Source: a bacterium
GTDB lineage: Bacteria; UBA8248
DNA: 64,000 bases
Assembly (NCBI GenBank): GCA_965203325.1
Contig: OZ241875.1
Span: 2,432,001 to 2,496,000, forward strand
Reading direction: 5' to 3'
A program made the translations under genes and the position numbers. Positions 42,331-52,810 of this stretch are shown here, piece after piece. The notes beneath the pieces were generated by a model. It worked only from the letters and a program-made list of their open reading frames with translations. It did no database searches and was not told the DNA's origin. The stretch's first letter is position 1. The number at the start of each line of letters is the position of its first letter.

Positions 42331-42609
42331 TTCAGCATACTTGTAAGGTTGGTCGAGGTTGCAAGAGGATTTATCGAACGCCGGAGAGTGGGAAACGCGA
42401 ACCGGTGGTATCGTCGCCTCCAGGGCCTCCGTGCCCCGTTTCGCCTCCTGCCGTGAGAACGCTTCCCTCTCTTCGTCTGCACATCTGAGTGATTCAGGAG
42501 CCCGGCGTAGGGCTTCTTGACTGGTGTTGTGGCTTGGTTCTGCCCCCGAATGGCGGTCGCCCTGCCATAGGGGAGCACGGTTCTCCTGGGCGACGATGGA
42601 GGGTTGACC

Positions 42610-43947
42610 ATGAAAGAACTCGGATTGAGTCGTCGGAAACTCCTTCGCAATGCCGCACTTGGAACGGCCGCCATGGCCTTGCCTGTATCACGGGTGACGC
42701 CCTCGGCGGCGATGGTGAAAACGCTCAACTTCTACAGCTGGACCTACGGCATCAGCTTCGTGAAGCAGCGCATCGCCGAATTCGAGAAGCTCGCCAAGGT
42801 CAAGATCAACTACGGGAACACGCCGGGCAGCAAGTACCACGACGCCCTGGTGGTCAAGTTCACGGGCAACACGCCCCTGGACGTCATCTACATGATCGAC
42901 GGACACCTCGCCGAGTTCGTCGAGGCGGGCTGGCTGTATCCCATCGACGAGTTCCCGCGCGTGGATGAGTACAGGAAGGAGTTTATCGGCCCGACCGCCG
43001 ACGCGCTCACCTACAACGGCAAACTCTACGGCCTGCCCTACTACGTAGGCCACATGGCGTTCCTCTACAACGAGGAGCACCTGGAGAAGGCGGGCATCGG
43101 CGCTCCGCCCAAGACCTGGGACGAAGTGGTCCAGCAGAGCCTCCAGATCAAGAGCAAGGGGATTCAGGAGTATCCCTTCCTGCAGTTCCTGAAAGCCGAC
43201 TTCTGGATGGGCGAGATGCTCTTCACCATGATGTACAGCCGGGGCGGAAGGTTCGTCGACGAGAAATACAACGTCATGGGCTACGACAAACCGGATTCCG
43301 CGGTGGCGCAGTCGATCCAGTGGATCATCGACGCGGCCAAGAAGCACAAGATCACGCAGCCCGGCTTCATGGAGATGAACGAGGTCGCCGCGCTCAAGGC
43401 CTTCAGCAGCGGCACGGGCAGCTTCGCCATCCTGCCGAACTACCGGCTGCGGGCCGCGAACGAGCCCAAGTCCTCGAAGGTGGCCGGCAAGATCAAGATG
43501 GCGCTGATTCCGACCGCCAACAACGCCAAACCACACGTGTGCGGATGGACGCGGTGCTACAGCATGACCGCCTCGGCCGCGAAGGACCCCGCGCGCAAGG
43601 CGATGTCCTGGAAGATGGTGGACTTCCTGGGCGGCAAGGACAAATCGGGCACCTACCGCACGGCGAAGAAGTGGTTCACCGAGTTCGGTCTGGGCTTCGG
43701 CCACGCACCGCTGTTCAAGGACCCCGACATTATCTCAGCCGCGAACAAGTGGGGCGAGGCGAAGCTGTTCGAGAGCCAGATGGCGCTCAGCAAGCCCAAG
43801 GACGGGCAGAAGGCCGTCTGGTACGCCGAGTGGGATCAGTTCATGCGTCCGCGCGTCCACAAGGCGATCCTGGGTCAGGCCGATATTGTCGGCACGCTCA
43901 AGACCCTGACCAAGCAGTGGAACAGACTGAAGAGGCGTTACGGTTAG
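42610..43947 (+). CDS. Carbohydrate (CUT1) ABC substrate-binding protein, Tat-exported
   Basis: SRRKLL twin-arginine signal, YNGKLYGLP, PPKTWDE. Confidence 0.92.
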   Translation: MKELGLSRRKLLRNAALGTAAMALPVSRVTPSAAMVKTLNFYSWTYGISFVKQRIAEFEKLAKVKINYGNTPGSKYHDALVVKFTGNTPLDVIYMIDGHLAEFVEAGWLYPIDEFPRVDEYRKEFIGPTADALTYNGKLYGLPYYVGHMAFLYNEEHLEKAGIGAPPKTWDEVVQQSLQIKSKGIQEYPFLQFLKADFWMGEMLFTMMYSRGGRFVDEKYNVMGYDKPDSAVAQSIQWIIDAAKKHKITQPGFMEMNEVAALKAFSSGTGSFAILPNYRLRAANEPKSSKVAGKIKMALIPTANNAKPHVCGWTRCYSMTASAAKDPARKAMSWKMVDFLGGKDKSGTYRTAKKWFTEFGLGFGHAPLFKDPDIISAANKWGEAKLFESQMALSKPKDGQKAVWYAEWDQFMRPRVHKAILGQADIVGTLKTLTKQWNRLKRRYG

Positions 43948-44007
43948 ACGTTAGCGGTCGCCTCCCCCGGCGGCGCACTGCCGGGGGAGGCGCGATGGAG
44001 GCTTTCC

Positions 44008-44961
44008 TTGGCGAATATCCTCTCCGTCGAAGGGGCAGAGCCGGCCGCGCAGACGGGCGTGAAGGGCTGGCTCGCCCGGCGCACACAGACAGAAGGCGGC
44101 ATTGCGGCGTTCTTCGTGGGCCCCGCGCTGCTCCTGATGGTGTTGCTCAACATCTATCCCATCCTCCATTCGTTCTACGTCAGCGTCCACGTCTATAACC
44201 TGAAAAGACCCCACAGAAACCCCTTCGTGGGTTTCGAGAACTATGTCATGTTCCTGGAGAGTGAGGATTTCTATAACGCGTTCATCAACACGATCATCTT
44301 CGTCGTGGTGTCGGTGATCGCCGTGGCCATTCTCGGCCTCATCTTCTCCCTCGCGCTCAACGAACTGGGCTCCGGCGTGCGCAAATGGGCGGTGCCGCTC
44401 ATCCTCGTGCCCTGGGCGGTGCCCTACGTGGCGAACGGCCTCATCTGGGAGTGGATCTACCATTCCGACTTCGGGGTGCTGAACGGGCTCCTGGTGGCCC
44501 TGGGTATCATCGACAAGTACCAGACCTGGCTCAGCAACCCCGACCGAGCGCTCTATACCCTCGTGAACGCCTTCGTGTGGAAAGAGGTGCCCCTCGCCAC
44601 CGTCTTGTTCCTGACGGCGCTCCAGGCGATCCCCGAGGACCTCTACAGCGCGGCGAAGGTCGATCAGGCGGGCGCCCCGAGGCGCTTTTGGCACATCACC
44701 CTGCCTGCGCTCAAGCTGGCCTTCCTGCTGGTGCTGGTCTACTCCTCGATCATCTCCATCAAGACCTTCGACCTGGTCTACATACTGACCGAGGGAGGCC
44801 CCGGCGACGCGACCGCGCTCGTCTCCTGGTACACCTACGTCGAGACGTTCCGCAACCTGCAGTTCGGCTCCGGCGCGTCGATTTCCTACGTGATCGCCAT
44901 CGCCACCTTCATCCTGGCGATCGGCTACATCAAGATCCTCTACAGACCGCAGGAGAATTGA
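44008..44961 (+). CDS. Carbohydrate ABC permease
   Basis: FVGFENY, LQAIPEDLYSAAKVD EAA loop, HITLP. Confidence 0.93.
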   Translation: MANILSVEGAEPAAQTGVKGWLARRTQTEGGIAAFFVGPALLLMVLLNIYPILHSFYVSVHVYNLKRPHRNPFVGFENYVMFLESEDFYNAFINTIIFVVVSVIAVAILGLIFSLALNELGSGVRKWAVPLILVPWAVPYVANGLIWEWIYHSDFGVLNGLLVALGIIDKYQTWLSNPDRALYTLVNAFVWKEVPLATVLFLTALQAIPEDLYSAAKVDQAGAPRRFWHITLPALKLAFLLVLVYSSIISIKTFDLVYILTEGGPGDATALVSWYTYVETFRNLQFGSGASISYVIAIATFILAIGYIKILYRPQEN

Positions 44962-44963
44962 GC

Positions 44964-45902
44964 ATGGCCGCCCCGAGCGTTCCCGACGTCAAGGAGATTC
45001 AGAGATACCGCCAGGCCGCCATCCTGGGGCGGGTCGTTCTCTACCTGATCGTCGCCGTCATGCTCTTCTACGCCATCTCGCCCTTCTACTGGATGCTGAA
45101 CTCGAGCCTTCAGTTCGAAAAGGACGTGGTGTCGGTGCCGCCCAACTGGGTTCCGCCCAAGTTCAACATCGGCAACTACGAGGAGATCATCCTCAGGAAA
45201 CCCGCCGACACGAGCGTCGCGTTCGACAAGAGCATGGCCGGATACTCCACGTTCCCCACGGCCGACGTGCTGCCCTCGATGTGGAACAGCTTCGTCGTGG
45301 CGCTGGGCGTCACGATCATCAACGTCATATTGGGATGCCTGGCGGCGTATGGTTTCGCGCGTCTTTACTTCAAGGGAAAGCAGTCCCTTTTCTACGTCGT
45401 GCTGGCGTCGCGCATCGTGCCCGAGGTGTCGCTGATCGTCCCGTTTTATCTGATGATCCGCGGGCTCGGTCTCCTGGATACCTACATGGGACTCATCGTG
45501 GCCTACATTCCGATATCCCTGCCGCTGGCGATATTCGTGCTGGTCGCCTATTTCGAGACCGTCCCGCAGGAGATCGAGAGCGCCGCCCGCGTGGACGGCT
45601 GCAACCGCTTCCAGACGCTCTGGCGGGTGATCCTGCCGCTTTCGGCGCCCGCGATCGTCACGGCGGCGGTGTTCGTGTTCCTCACGAGCTGGAACGAGTT
45701 CCTCTTCCCGCTCGTGCTGACCCAGACGATGAATACCCGGCCCATCACGGTGACGCTGCTCGATTTCGTCTCCGAGTTTTCGGTGAGCTACGCGCGGATG
45801 AACGCCGCGGGCGTCGCCTGCGTCATCATTCCCGTCGCCCTGGCCCTCATGTTCCAGCGCTACTTCGTGCGCGGGCTGACGGCGGGCGCGGTGAAGGGCT
45901 AG
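44964..45902 (+). CDS. Carbohydrate ABC permease
   Basis: EIESAARVDG, SWNEF, QRYFVRGLTAGAVKG. Confidence 0.93.
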   Translation: MAAPSVPDVKEIQRYRQAAILGRVVLYLIVAVMLFYAISPFYWMLNSSLQFEKDVVSVPPNWVPPKFNIGNYEEIILRKPADTSVAFDKSMAGYSTFPTADVLPSMWNSFVVALGVTIINVILGCLAAYGFARLYFKGKQSLFYVVLASRIVPEVSLIVPFYLMIRGLGLLDTYMGLIVAYIPISLPLAIFVLVAYFETVPQEIESAARVDGCNRFQTLWRVILPLSAPAIVTAAVFVFLTSWNEFLFPLVLTQTMNTRPITVTLLDFVSEFSVSYARMNAAGVACVIIPVALALMFQRYFVRGLTAGAVKG

Positions 45903-45928
45903 CCGGTTTTCCATAGGAGCGAGTGAGA

Positions 45929-47017
45929 ATGGCGAAGGTCGTGCTGGAGAACTTGACCAAGAACTACGGCGACGTGGTCGCGGTCGACAACGTGGACTTG
46001 GAAATCGCCGACGGCAGATTCGTCGTCCTGCTCGGCCCCTCGGGCTGCGGGAAGACCACCATCCTGAACGTGGTCGCAGGCCTGCTCGAACCCACCGAGG
46101 GCGCGATTCTCATCGACGGGGTGGACGTGCGCCACATTCCGGCCCACAAGCGCAACATGGCCATGGTGTTCCAGAGCTACGCCCTCTACCCCCACCTCCG
46201 GGTGCGGGACAACCTGGCCTTCCCGCTCCGGATGATGAAGATGACCAGGGCGGAAATCGACGAGAAGGTCCGCTGGGCGGCCGAGGCGCTGAACATCGAG
46301 GAGCTTCTGGCCCGAAGGCCCCGCGAACTCTCCGGCGGTCAGCGCCAGCGGGTGGCGCTGGGCCGGGCGATCGTCCGCGAACCCTGGGCGTTCCTGATGG
46401 ACGAGCCGCTCTCGAACCTCGACGCCGCGCTCCGGGTCGAGATGCGCGCCGAACTCAAAAAGCTCCACCGTCGCCTCGAGACCACCATGATCTACGTGAC
46501 CCACGATCAGGTGGAAGCCCTGAATATGGCCGATGAGATAGCGCTCATGAAAGACGGCGTGCTCCAGCAGTACGCCTCTCCCTACGCCGTCTACCACGAG
46601 CCGGCGAACACCTTCGTGGCGCAGTTCGTGGGCACGCCGCCCATGAACCTCATCCCCGGTTCGCTGGAGCAGGAAAACGGGAGGCTTTGCTTCCGCTACG
46701 GCAACTTCGCCGTGGAGCCGTCTCCCGAGCAGCGCAAGCGCCTGGAGGAGAAGCAGAGGGAGAAGGTGATCCTGGGGATTCGCCCCGAGGACGTCGTCGT
46801 CGAGGCCGCCGGGGGTGACGGGAACGGCCACCTGAGCAAGGTGCTGCTCCTGGAGCCTTACGGGGCGGATCAGGTTCTGGAACTCGCTTTCGAGGACCTC
46901 TCCATCATGGCGCGCACGCCCTCCACCCTTCGGGTCGACATGGGCGATGAGGCCCGCGTGGGGATGCGCGAGGACAACCTCTTCTTCTTCGACGCAGAGA
47001 CCCAACTGGCCATCTGA
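45929..47017 (+). CDS. MalK/UgpC-type ABC ATPase
   Basis: GPSGCGKT, LSGGQRQR, MDEPLSNLD, YVTHDQ. Confidence 0.96.
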   Translation: MAKVVLENLTKNYGDVVAVDNVDLEIADGRFVVLLGPSGCGKTTILNVVAGLLEPTEGAILIDGVDVRHIPAHKRNMAMVFQSYALYPHLRVRDNLAFPLRMMKMTRAEIDEKVRWAAEALNIEELLARRPRELSGGQRQRVALGRAIVREPWAFLMDEPLSNLDAALRVEMRAELKKLHRRLETTMIYVTHDQVEALNMADEIALMKDGVLQQYASPYAVYHEPANTFVAQFVGTPPMNLIPGSLEQENGRLCFRYGNFAVEPSPEQRKRLEEKQREKVILGIRPEDVVVEAAGGDGNGHLSKVLLLEPYGADQVLELAFEDLSIMARTPSTLRVDMGDEARVGMREDNLFFFDAETQLAI

Positions 47018-47060
47018 GGCTGCGCCGCGGGTTTCATCCCTGCGACACCACTCCCCCTCG

Positions 47061-47240
47061 CTCTGAGTAGTCCTGAGCTTGTCGAAGGACGTATCGAAGG
47101 GCAATCGCGACCGGGAAGGGATTTGGAAAAGTTATCTCTGGTTGGAATTGACCATCGCCGTCATTCCGGCGAAAGCCGGAATGACGTGTGTTGTGATCTC
47201 TCCGGAAGGTTGTCGTAGGGGCGCTTCGTGAAGCGCCCGT
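47061..47240. repeat. Cluster of palindromic intergenic repeats
   Basis: CCTGAGCTTGTCGAAGG; GTCATTCCGGCGAAAGCCGGAATGAC; GTAGGGGCGCTTCGTGAAGCGCCC. Confidence 0.75.
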
Positions 47241-47514
47241 TTCTCCGGCAAGGTAAACGCGAGAGCCGAACGAAATCGACAAAACCTCGCACGGGTGCTA
47301 ACGTAGCGCGCGCGACAGTTTGAAACATCACGAGGCTATAGGACCCAACACCCGTGGAATATCTGCGACCTGTTTTTGCGTCTTTGTACGCCCTTTTTCA
47401 ACCCGTTGTTTTTCCCACAAGTGATCCCGAACGACTCACGCAAGTTTTTTGCGGAGTGATACTCGCTTGTTTTGTAATCTGCCTCGCCTTCGGCTTCTGG
47501 AAGAAGCCAGACCC

Positions 47515-50514
47515 ATGGACGTCTTAGAGACTGAAGTCCGCTTCAGGGTCGAACGAAGCGGGCTGGCGTCGTTCCTGTTCGCAGTCTTGCGTCCACGAGA
47601 CGCCAAGGCTGCTTTCGTGAGCGCGAACTCCCTGAGGCTGATGCACGGGTCCCGATACACGGAAATTCCTATTGGGGACATCGTGTCGGCCAAAGTCGAA
47701 ACCGGGCTACGCTGGTCCGGGATACGCTTTCATCATGCTAAAGGGTGCGCAACCGTGTCGGGGCTATCGCGGGACGACGCTTGGGCGTTCGCCGAAGTGT
47801 TGGAAACCAACAGGGTCTACTGGTGGCGCCGGGTGCTCACGACAGAGATCGCAGCTCTCCATTCGTTAGATGAGCGTCTGCTGCAACTTGTATGTCCGCC
47901 AGAGTACATAGCGCGCAGCGTCTTCCGTAAACTGAGGCGCGATGCAAAGAAGGCGGTGGAACAGTTCTTGGAGCGCTGGCCGAAGGCGCTGTCTAATACT
48001 CCAGAAATTCGACTGCTGAAAAGGGTACAGGATTTTCTGGAAGACCCAGAGCGTATACGGGAGAAAGCGAACAGGGCTTTCGTCGAAAATGAAATGTTCC
48101 GGTTGCGGGAGTTTTTCGACCGGATTGAAGCCAGACCGCTTACCGAAGAACAGCGCCGGGCGGTCGTCATAGATGATGACCGGAACCTGGTGATCGCCGC
48201 TGCCGGCAGCGGCAAGACCTCGGTGATCGTCGCCAAGACCGGCTTGCTTCTCCATAGAGGCGACCGCCGCCCGTCGGAACTGCTGCTCCTGGCATTTGCG
48301 AAAGACGCCCAGAACGAGATGGAAGAACGGGTCCGCAAGCGTATCGGCAACGAAGCGGCGGACGGCATGACCGTCAGGACGTTCCACAGCTTGGGCATGG
48401 CGATTATCGGCGAAGCCGAAGGCAGGCGCCCGGGACTGGCCAAGACGGCTGAAGACCCAAAGGCGCTGCTCGACCTGCTCAAGAGCATTATCACCAATCT
48501 GGCCGAAGAGCGAAAGTTCTTGGGAGCTTTGCTGAAGTGGTTTCAGTCTCAGTTCGCGCCTTACAGGAGTGAGCACGAATTCCAGAGTTATAGTGACTAC
48601 TGGGACTATATCCGGCAACATGATATCCGCTCGCTAAAAGGCGAGAAAGTACGGAGTTACGAGGAATGTGAGATCGCCAACTTCCTCTATCTGAACGGCG
48701 TTCCCTACGAGTACGAACGTGACTATGAGCACGAAACGGCTACGTCGGAAAAGGGGCCATACAGGCCGGATTTCTATCTGACCGAAGCCGGTATCTATAT
48801 TGAGCATTTCGGGCTCGACATTGAGGGAAAGACCGCTCCGTTCGTTCCGCAGAAAGAATATCTCGAGTCGATGGCGTGGAAGCGCGGACTCCACTCTCAA
48901 TGCGGCACCACCCTGATCGAGACTTTCAGCTACGAGCGCGCCGCCGGAAGATTGACCGAGAACCTAGCCGGGAGACTGCGTGCTTACGGCGTATCCCTAT
49001 CTCCCATTCCCAATGATGAGGTCTTCGCCATATTGAATCGGCAGGGACAGGTCGACCCGTTTATCAGCCTTCTGGCGACCTTTCTCAAACACTTCAAGGG
49101 AACGCGGCTGAGTTTCCGTGAGGTTGCCCGGCGGGCCGCCAACCATCGGGACCGCCTGCGGGCCGAAGCCTTCCTCGCCCTGTTCCGGCCAGTCTTCGAG
49201 CGCTACGAGGAAAAGCTCTCCCAATCGGGAGAGATCGATTTCCACGACATGATCGACAGGGCGACGGGCCATGTCGAGGCTGGACGCTACCGCAGCCCCT
49301 TCGGCTATATCCTGGTCGACGAGTTCCAGGACATTTCACCGGACAGGGCAAGGCTGTTGAAGGCGCTGCTGGAGAAGTCGCCAAGCGTGCGGCTGTTCGC
49401 CGTCGGGGACGACTGGCAGGCGATATACCGTTTCGCAGGATCGGACATCGGCATCATGCGGGAGTTTACAGAGCATTTCGGCGGCTACGAACGCATCCCT
49501 CTGGAGACGACCTTCCGCTGCGCGGACCGCATTGCCTCTGTCGCTACCCAATTCGTCCTGCGCAACCCTGCGCAGATATCGAAGAGGGTCGGTTCAGTAC
49601 ACCGGGCGGACAGGCCGCGCGTCCATGTTGGCCTCCCCGGCGAGCAAGGACTCCCTCTGTTGAATGAGGCGCTAGACAAGATCACAAAGGATGCCTCAAA
49701 GTTTGAGGGGAGATCGAGCGTGCTATTATTGGGCCGGTACAGGCACACGCGGCCGCAGAACATGTCCGCTCTGGCAAGGAAGTATCCCGGGCTCGGGATA
49801 TCCTACAAGACCGTGCACAGATCCAAGGGGCTTGAAGCGGATTATGTCGTGGTTCTCGACCTGTGTTCCGGAAAATATGGTTTTCCCACCGAAATCGACG
49901 ACGACCCGCTGCTCGACCTAGTCCTCTCTGTGCCCGAAGGGTACCCGAATGCAGAGGAGCGGCGCCTGTTCTATGTCGCCATCACCCGTGCCAGACGCCG
50001 CGTCTTCCTGCTTGCCGAGAGCGGTCCTCCTTCTCCCTTTGACATAGAACTGTTCGACGGGGAATACGACATCACCGTCTTCGGCTGGTTGCCGGATGGC
50101 GACGTCCCCTGCCCGGTATGCGTTAAGGGACACCTCAGGCAACGCGAAAACAAGCGGAACGGCGGCATCTTCTACGGCTGCTCGAACTACCCCTATTGTG
50201 AGCATACACAGGAATCATGCCCGGCTTGTGGAAAGGGACTACTGGTTAAAGTGGAAGACGCTTTCCGCTGCCGAGAGTGCGGCCAGCCCATCGAGGCTTG
50301 TCCCGAATGCGACGGCTGGCTGCAGCCAAAGGTAGGTCGGCGCGGCTCCTTCCTGGGATGCTCGAATTATCCCAAGTGCAAATACACACGGGACAATACG
50401 AAAGAACAATCACGGAGCAGGATGTCGTCCCGGACGAGCGACTCGGGGACGGCTTCATCGGCAAACATGCGTAGAGAGTTTGGGGAATTGAAAAAGAGAT
50501 ACGACTCGGACTGA
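47515..50514 (+). CDS. UvrD-family helicase (HelD/helicase IV-like) with inserted nuclease-like domain and C-terminal topoisomerase-type Zn ribbons
   Basis: [46 protein letters not shown]; insert EIANFL..YRPDFYL..IYIEHFG; CPxC..GCSNYPxC twice plus another CxxC pair. Confidence 0.9.
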   Translation: MDVLETEVRFRVERSGLASFLFAVLRPRDAKAAFVSANSLRLMHGSRYTEIPIGDIVSAKVETGLRWSGIRFHHAKGCATVSGLSRDDAWAFAEVLETNRVYWWRRVLTTEIAALHSLDERLLQLVCPPEYIARSVFRKLRRDAKKAVEQFLERWPKALSNTPEIRLLKRVQDFLEDPERIREKANRAFVENEMFRLREFFDRIEARPLTEEQRRAVVIDDDRNLVIAAAGSGKTSVIVAKTGLLLHRGDRRPSELLLLAFAKDAQNEMEERVRKRIGNEAADGMTVRTFHSLGMAIIGEAEGRRPGLAKTAEDPKALLDLLKSIITNLAEERKFLGALLKWFQSQFAPYRSEHEFQSYSDYWDYIRQHDIRSLKGEKVRSYEECEIANFLYLNGVPYEYERDYEHETATSEKGPYRPDFYLTEAGIYIEHFGLDIEGKTAPFVPQKEYLESMAWKRGLHSQCGTTLIETFSYERAAGRLTENLAGRLRAYGVSLSPIPNDEVFAILNRQGQVDPFISLLATFLKHFKGTRLSFREVARRAANHRDRLRAEAFLALFRPVFERYEEKLSQSGEIDFHDMIDRATGHVEAGRYRSPFGYILVDEFQDISPDRARLLKALLEKSPSVRLFAVGDDWQAIYRFAGSDIGIMREFTEHFGGYERIPLETTFRCADRIASVATQFVLRNPAQISKRVGSVHRADRPRVHVGLPGEQGLPLLNEALDKITKDASKFEGRSSVLLLGRYRHTRPQNMSALARKYPGLGISYKTVHRSKGLEADYVVVLDLCSGKYGFPTEIDDDPLLDLVLSVPEGYPNAEERRLFYVAITRARRRVFLLAESGPPSPFDIELFDGEYDITVFGWLPDGDVPCPVCVKGHLRQRENKRNGGIFYGCSNYPYCEHTQESCPACGKGLLVKVEDAFRCRECGQPIEACPECDGWLQPKVGRRGSFLGCSNYPKCKYTRDNTKEQSRSRMSSRTSDSGTASSANMRREFGELKKRYDSD

Positions 50515-50664
50515 CGGCCAGCCCCGCCGAACCATCCCTCACCCGACGGATCAGCGCAAGACACCTCATCCTCCCGCTGAAATCCGTAATGACAACGCTG
50601 GCTCCCGAAACGGGAGAAAAAACTATCCGATGCAGAACAGCGATTGACAAGTACCGCTTGACAG

Positions 50665-50679
50665 ATCGACTATCACTGA
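50665..50679 (+). pseudogene. Possible last codons (IDYH*) of a deleted HigB toxin gene
   Basis: ATC GAC TAT CAC TGA immediately before the higA RBS; DYH-stop is the typical C-terminus of HigB killer proteins. Confidence 0.45.
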
Positions 50680-50696
50680 ATGAAGGAGGCCCCAAC

Positions 50697-50990
50697 ATGC
50701 CCATGAAGAATCCGCCGCATCCCGGCAAGGTCGTGCGCGTCTCGTGCCTGGAGCCGCTTGGCTTGAGCGTGACCGAAGGCGCCAAAGTGCTGGGCGTCAG
50801 CCGACAGGCGCTCTCGAACCTGGTGAACGGGCGCGCGCGGGTGTCGTCGGAGATGGCGATACGCCTCGCCAAGGCATTCGGCTCCACGACGGAAACTTGG
50901 ATACGCCTTCAGGCGGCGTACGACATCGCCCGAGCGCTCGAGCGCGAGGATGAAATCGAGGTGGAGCGCTACGAGCCGCAACCGGCGTGA
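50697..50990 (+). CDS. higA: HigA family antitoxin (HTH)
   Basis: [48 protein letters not shown]. Confidence 0.93.
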   Translation: MPMKNPPHPGKVVRVSCLEPLGLSVTEGAKVLGVSRQALSNLVNGRARVSSEMAIRLAKAFGSTTETWIRLQAAYDIARALEREDEIEVERYEPQPA

Positions 50991-51029
50991 GGTGAGCCGA
51001 ATCGCCACCCCCGCCTTGCGCCCCCAGGC

Positions 51030-51803
51030 CTAGGTGTAGACTTCCTGGATTCCGAAGTAATCCGGGTTGAAGTTCTCGACGATCTCGACCACCTTGTTCA
51101 CGCAGGCCTCGAAGTACTGGCGGCCCTTCTCCGGCGTGGCCCGGCGCGGGTCGCCGTAGACGCCGTTGTGCACCCGGCTGTCGGGCAGGCGAACGACCGA
51201 GGTCACCCCGTGCATATAGGAGAGCACGAGTTCGGGCTTGTACTCCCAATCGCCCAGGCGGTCGACGTGCACCATGTCCGGGCGGATGTGCATCATGAAG
51301 GCCGTCTCGAATTCGTTCGCGTGGGTGCCCTCGCGGAAGTTCTCGCCGATGGCGTCGCATGTTTCCTTGTCGACCATGAAGTAGCTCCCGGCGACGATGA
51401 GTTTGTCTCCGTCCCTGCCGTAGCGGTCCATGAGCTTGAACATCATGGTCTGGAGCAGGGGCAGGTTGGGATTGTGGCCGTTCAGGAAGAAAATCCGCTT
51501 GAAGCCGTTGCGCACGAGGCTTTCGGTGATTTCGGCGACGCAGGCCATGAAGGTGTCGACCGTGAAGCTGATGGTGCCGGGAAAATTCTCCCAGACCTCC
51601 GAATATCCGTAGGGAAGCGGCGGGGCGACGAGGCAGCCCGTGCGGTCGCCGACCGCTTTCGCGACCTCGAACGCGCTCGATATGTCCACCTGAACCGGCA
51701 GGTGCGGGCCGTGCTGCTCGGTCGAGCCCACGGGCTGGATGATGACGGGGTTTTCGGGAATCAGGTCGCGGATTTCCATCCAGGTCAGGTCGCTCAGCAT
51801 CAT
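51030..51803 (-). CDS. Creatininase/MftE family amidohydrolase
   Basis: PVGSTEQHGPHLP..D, NGH..N, HANEFET, GVYGDP. Confidence 0.93.
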   Translation of the reverse strand: MMLSDLTWMEIRDLIPENPVIIQPVGSTEQHGPHLPVQVDISSAFEVAKAVGDRTGCLVAPPLPYGYSEVWENFPGTISFTVDTFMACVAEITESLVRNGFKRIFFLNGHNPNLPLLQTMMFKLMDRYGRDGDKLIVAGSYFMVDKETCDAIGENFREGTHANEFETAFMMHIRPDMVHVDRLGDWEYKPELVLSYMHGVTSVVRLPDSRVHNGVYGDPRRATPEKGRQYFEACVNKVVEIVENFNPDYFGIQEVYT

Positions 51804-51832
51804 GGCGTCGTTCCCTCCATAAGGTTTCGGAC

Positions 51833-52303
51833 TCAGCCGGAGACGGCCTCGGCGGGTTCTCCCTCATACATTTTGAACAGGGCCAGATCGAAGCCGTCCG
51901 GATCGTAGAAAATGGCGGCCCGCCAGTAGCGGCCCGGGCCGCGCCACGTCACCTGGGGCGGGGTGGCGAACTGCACGCCCTTGGCCACGAGGTCCTCGTA
52001 GGCGGCGTCCATGTCTTCTGGCTCGAAGGCGATGTGGCTGCTGCCCACGTCGTTCAGCGCCGGCGGATTGTCGTAGGGTTTTCCCTCCTGTTTCAGGAAC
52101 TGGATGAGCTCCACGACCGCGCCTCCCGCCTGGAGCATGACGATGCGGAGCTTGCTCTCCGGCGTGGTCGAGGCGTACTGGATACCCTCCTCGTCGGAGG
52201 AGATGTCCTCCACCACCTTGAAGCCCAGGATGTCGCGGTAAAACGCGATGGACCTTTCGATGTCCGAAACCGTTCTGCTGGAATGGTGCATGGGACCTAT
52301 CAT
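51833..52303 (-). CDS. VOC family protein
   Basis: HHSSRTVSDIERSIAFYRDILG, VELIQF, SHIAF, FYDPDG. Confidence 0.9.
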   Translation of the reverse strand: MIGPMHHSSRTVSDIERSIAFYRDILGFKVVEDISSDEEGIQYASTTPESKLRIVMLQAGGAVVELIQFLKQEGKPYDNPPALNDVGSSHIAFEPEDMDAAYEDLVAKGVQFATPPQVTWRGPGRYWRAAIFYDPDGFDLALFKMYEGEPAEAVSG

Positions 52304-52446
52304 GACGATCTCCCCCCATTGGTCTGAGATAACCTTGCGGGCCAACCGTCTTTCGGGATGGCGCCCGTACCGGGAATTTCATGTACGAGATGTGCGGGCA
52401 ATATAGCACAAAAAGGTCAGCGGAGCACGAAACGCCCTTTTGAATG

Positions 52447-52744
52447 GGGGCTGTTGGAAAGCGTTGATGAACGTGGGTTTGACCCGTCCGATGAAAGGGC
52501 AAGATTCACTCCCCCCTTGAGGGGGAGTCGATGAGGTGAGGGTGTAAACCCGAAACCGAATCGGTGGGGGGAGTTTTTTTCTGTGGCATGTCCCCCCACC
52601 ACATCGCCCTTCGCACAAACCGCTCGGCCTCTGTCGGGCTTTCCCCTCGGGAAGCCCGACCCCCTCAAGGGGGGAGTTGATTTGAAATTCTCTGGCGGAG
52701 GGAGTGCTCCGTAGGTGACGTACACTAGGTTTTTCAACAGTCTC
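52447..52744. mobile_element. Composite MITE-like element
   Basis: Imperfect ends GGGGCTGTTGGAAA / TTTTCAACAGTCTC enclose an ACTCCCCCCTTGAGGGGG...CCCCCTCAAGGGGGGAGT palindromic element (52508-52677) that also occurs at 59587-59737. Confidence 0.65.
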
Positions 52745-52810
52745 AATAACGGAAGACGGCGAGCCTGGGAGCCGGGGAGATTTGCGAAAAAGAATTTGTC
52801 CGAAACCTTC

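Noticed and set aside
47290..47330. GCTAAC...GTTTGAA as an integron attC site before the helicase
   Set aside because: Complementarity is poor, no second site follows the gene, and there is no integrase.
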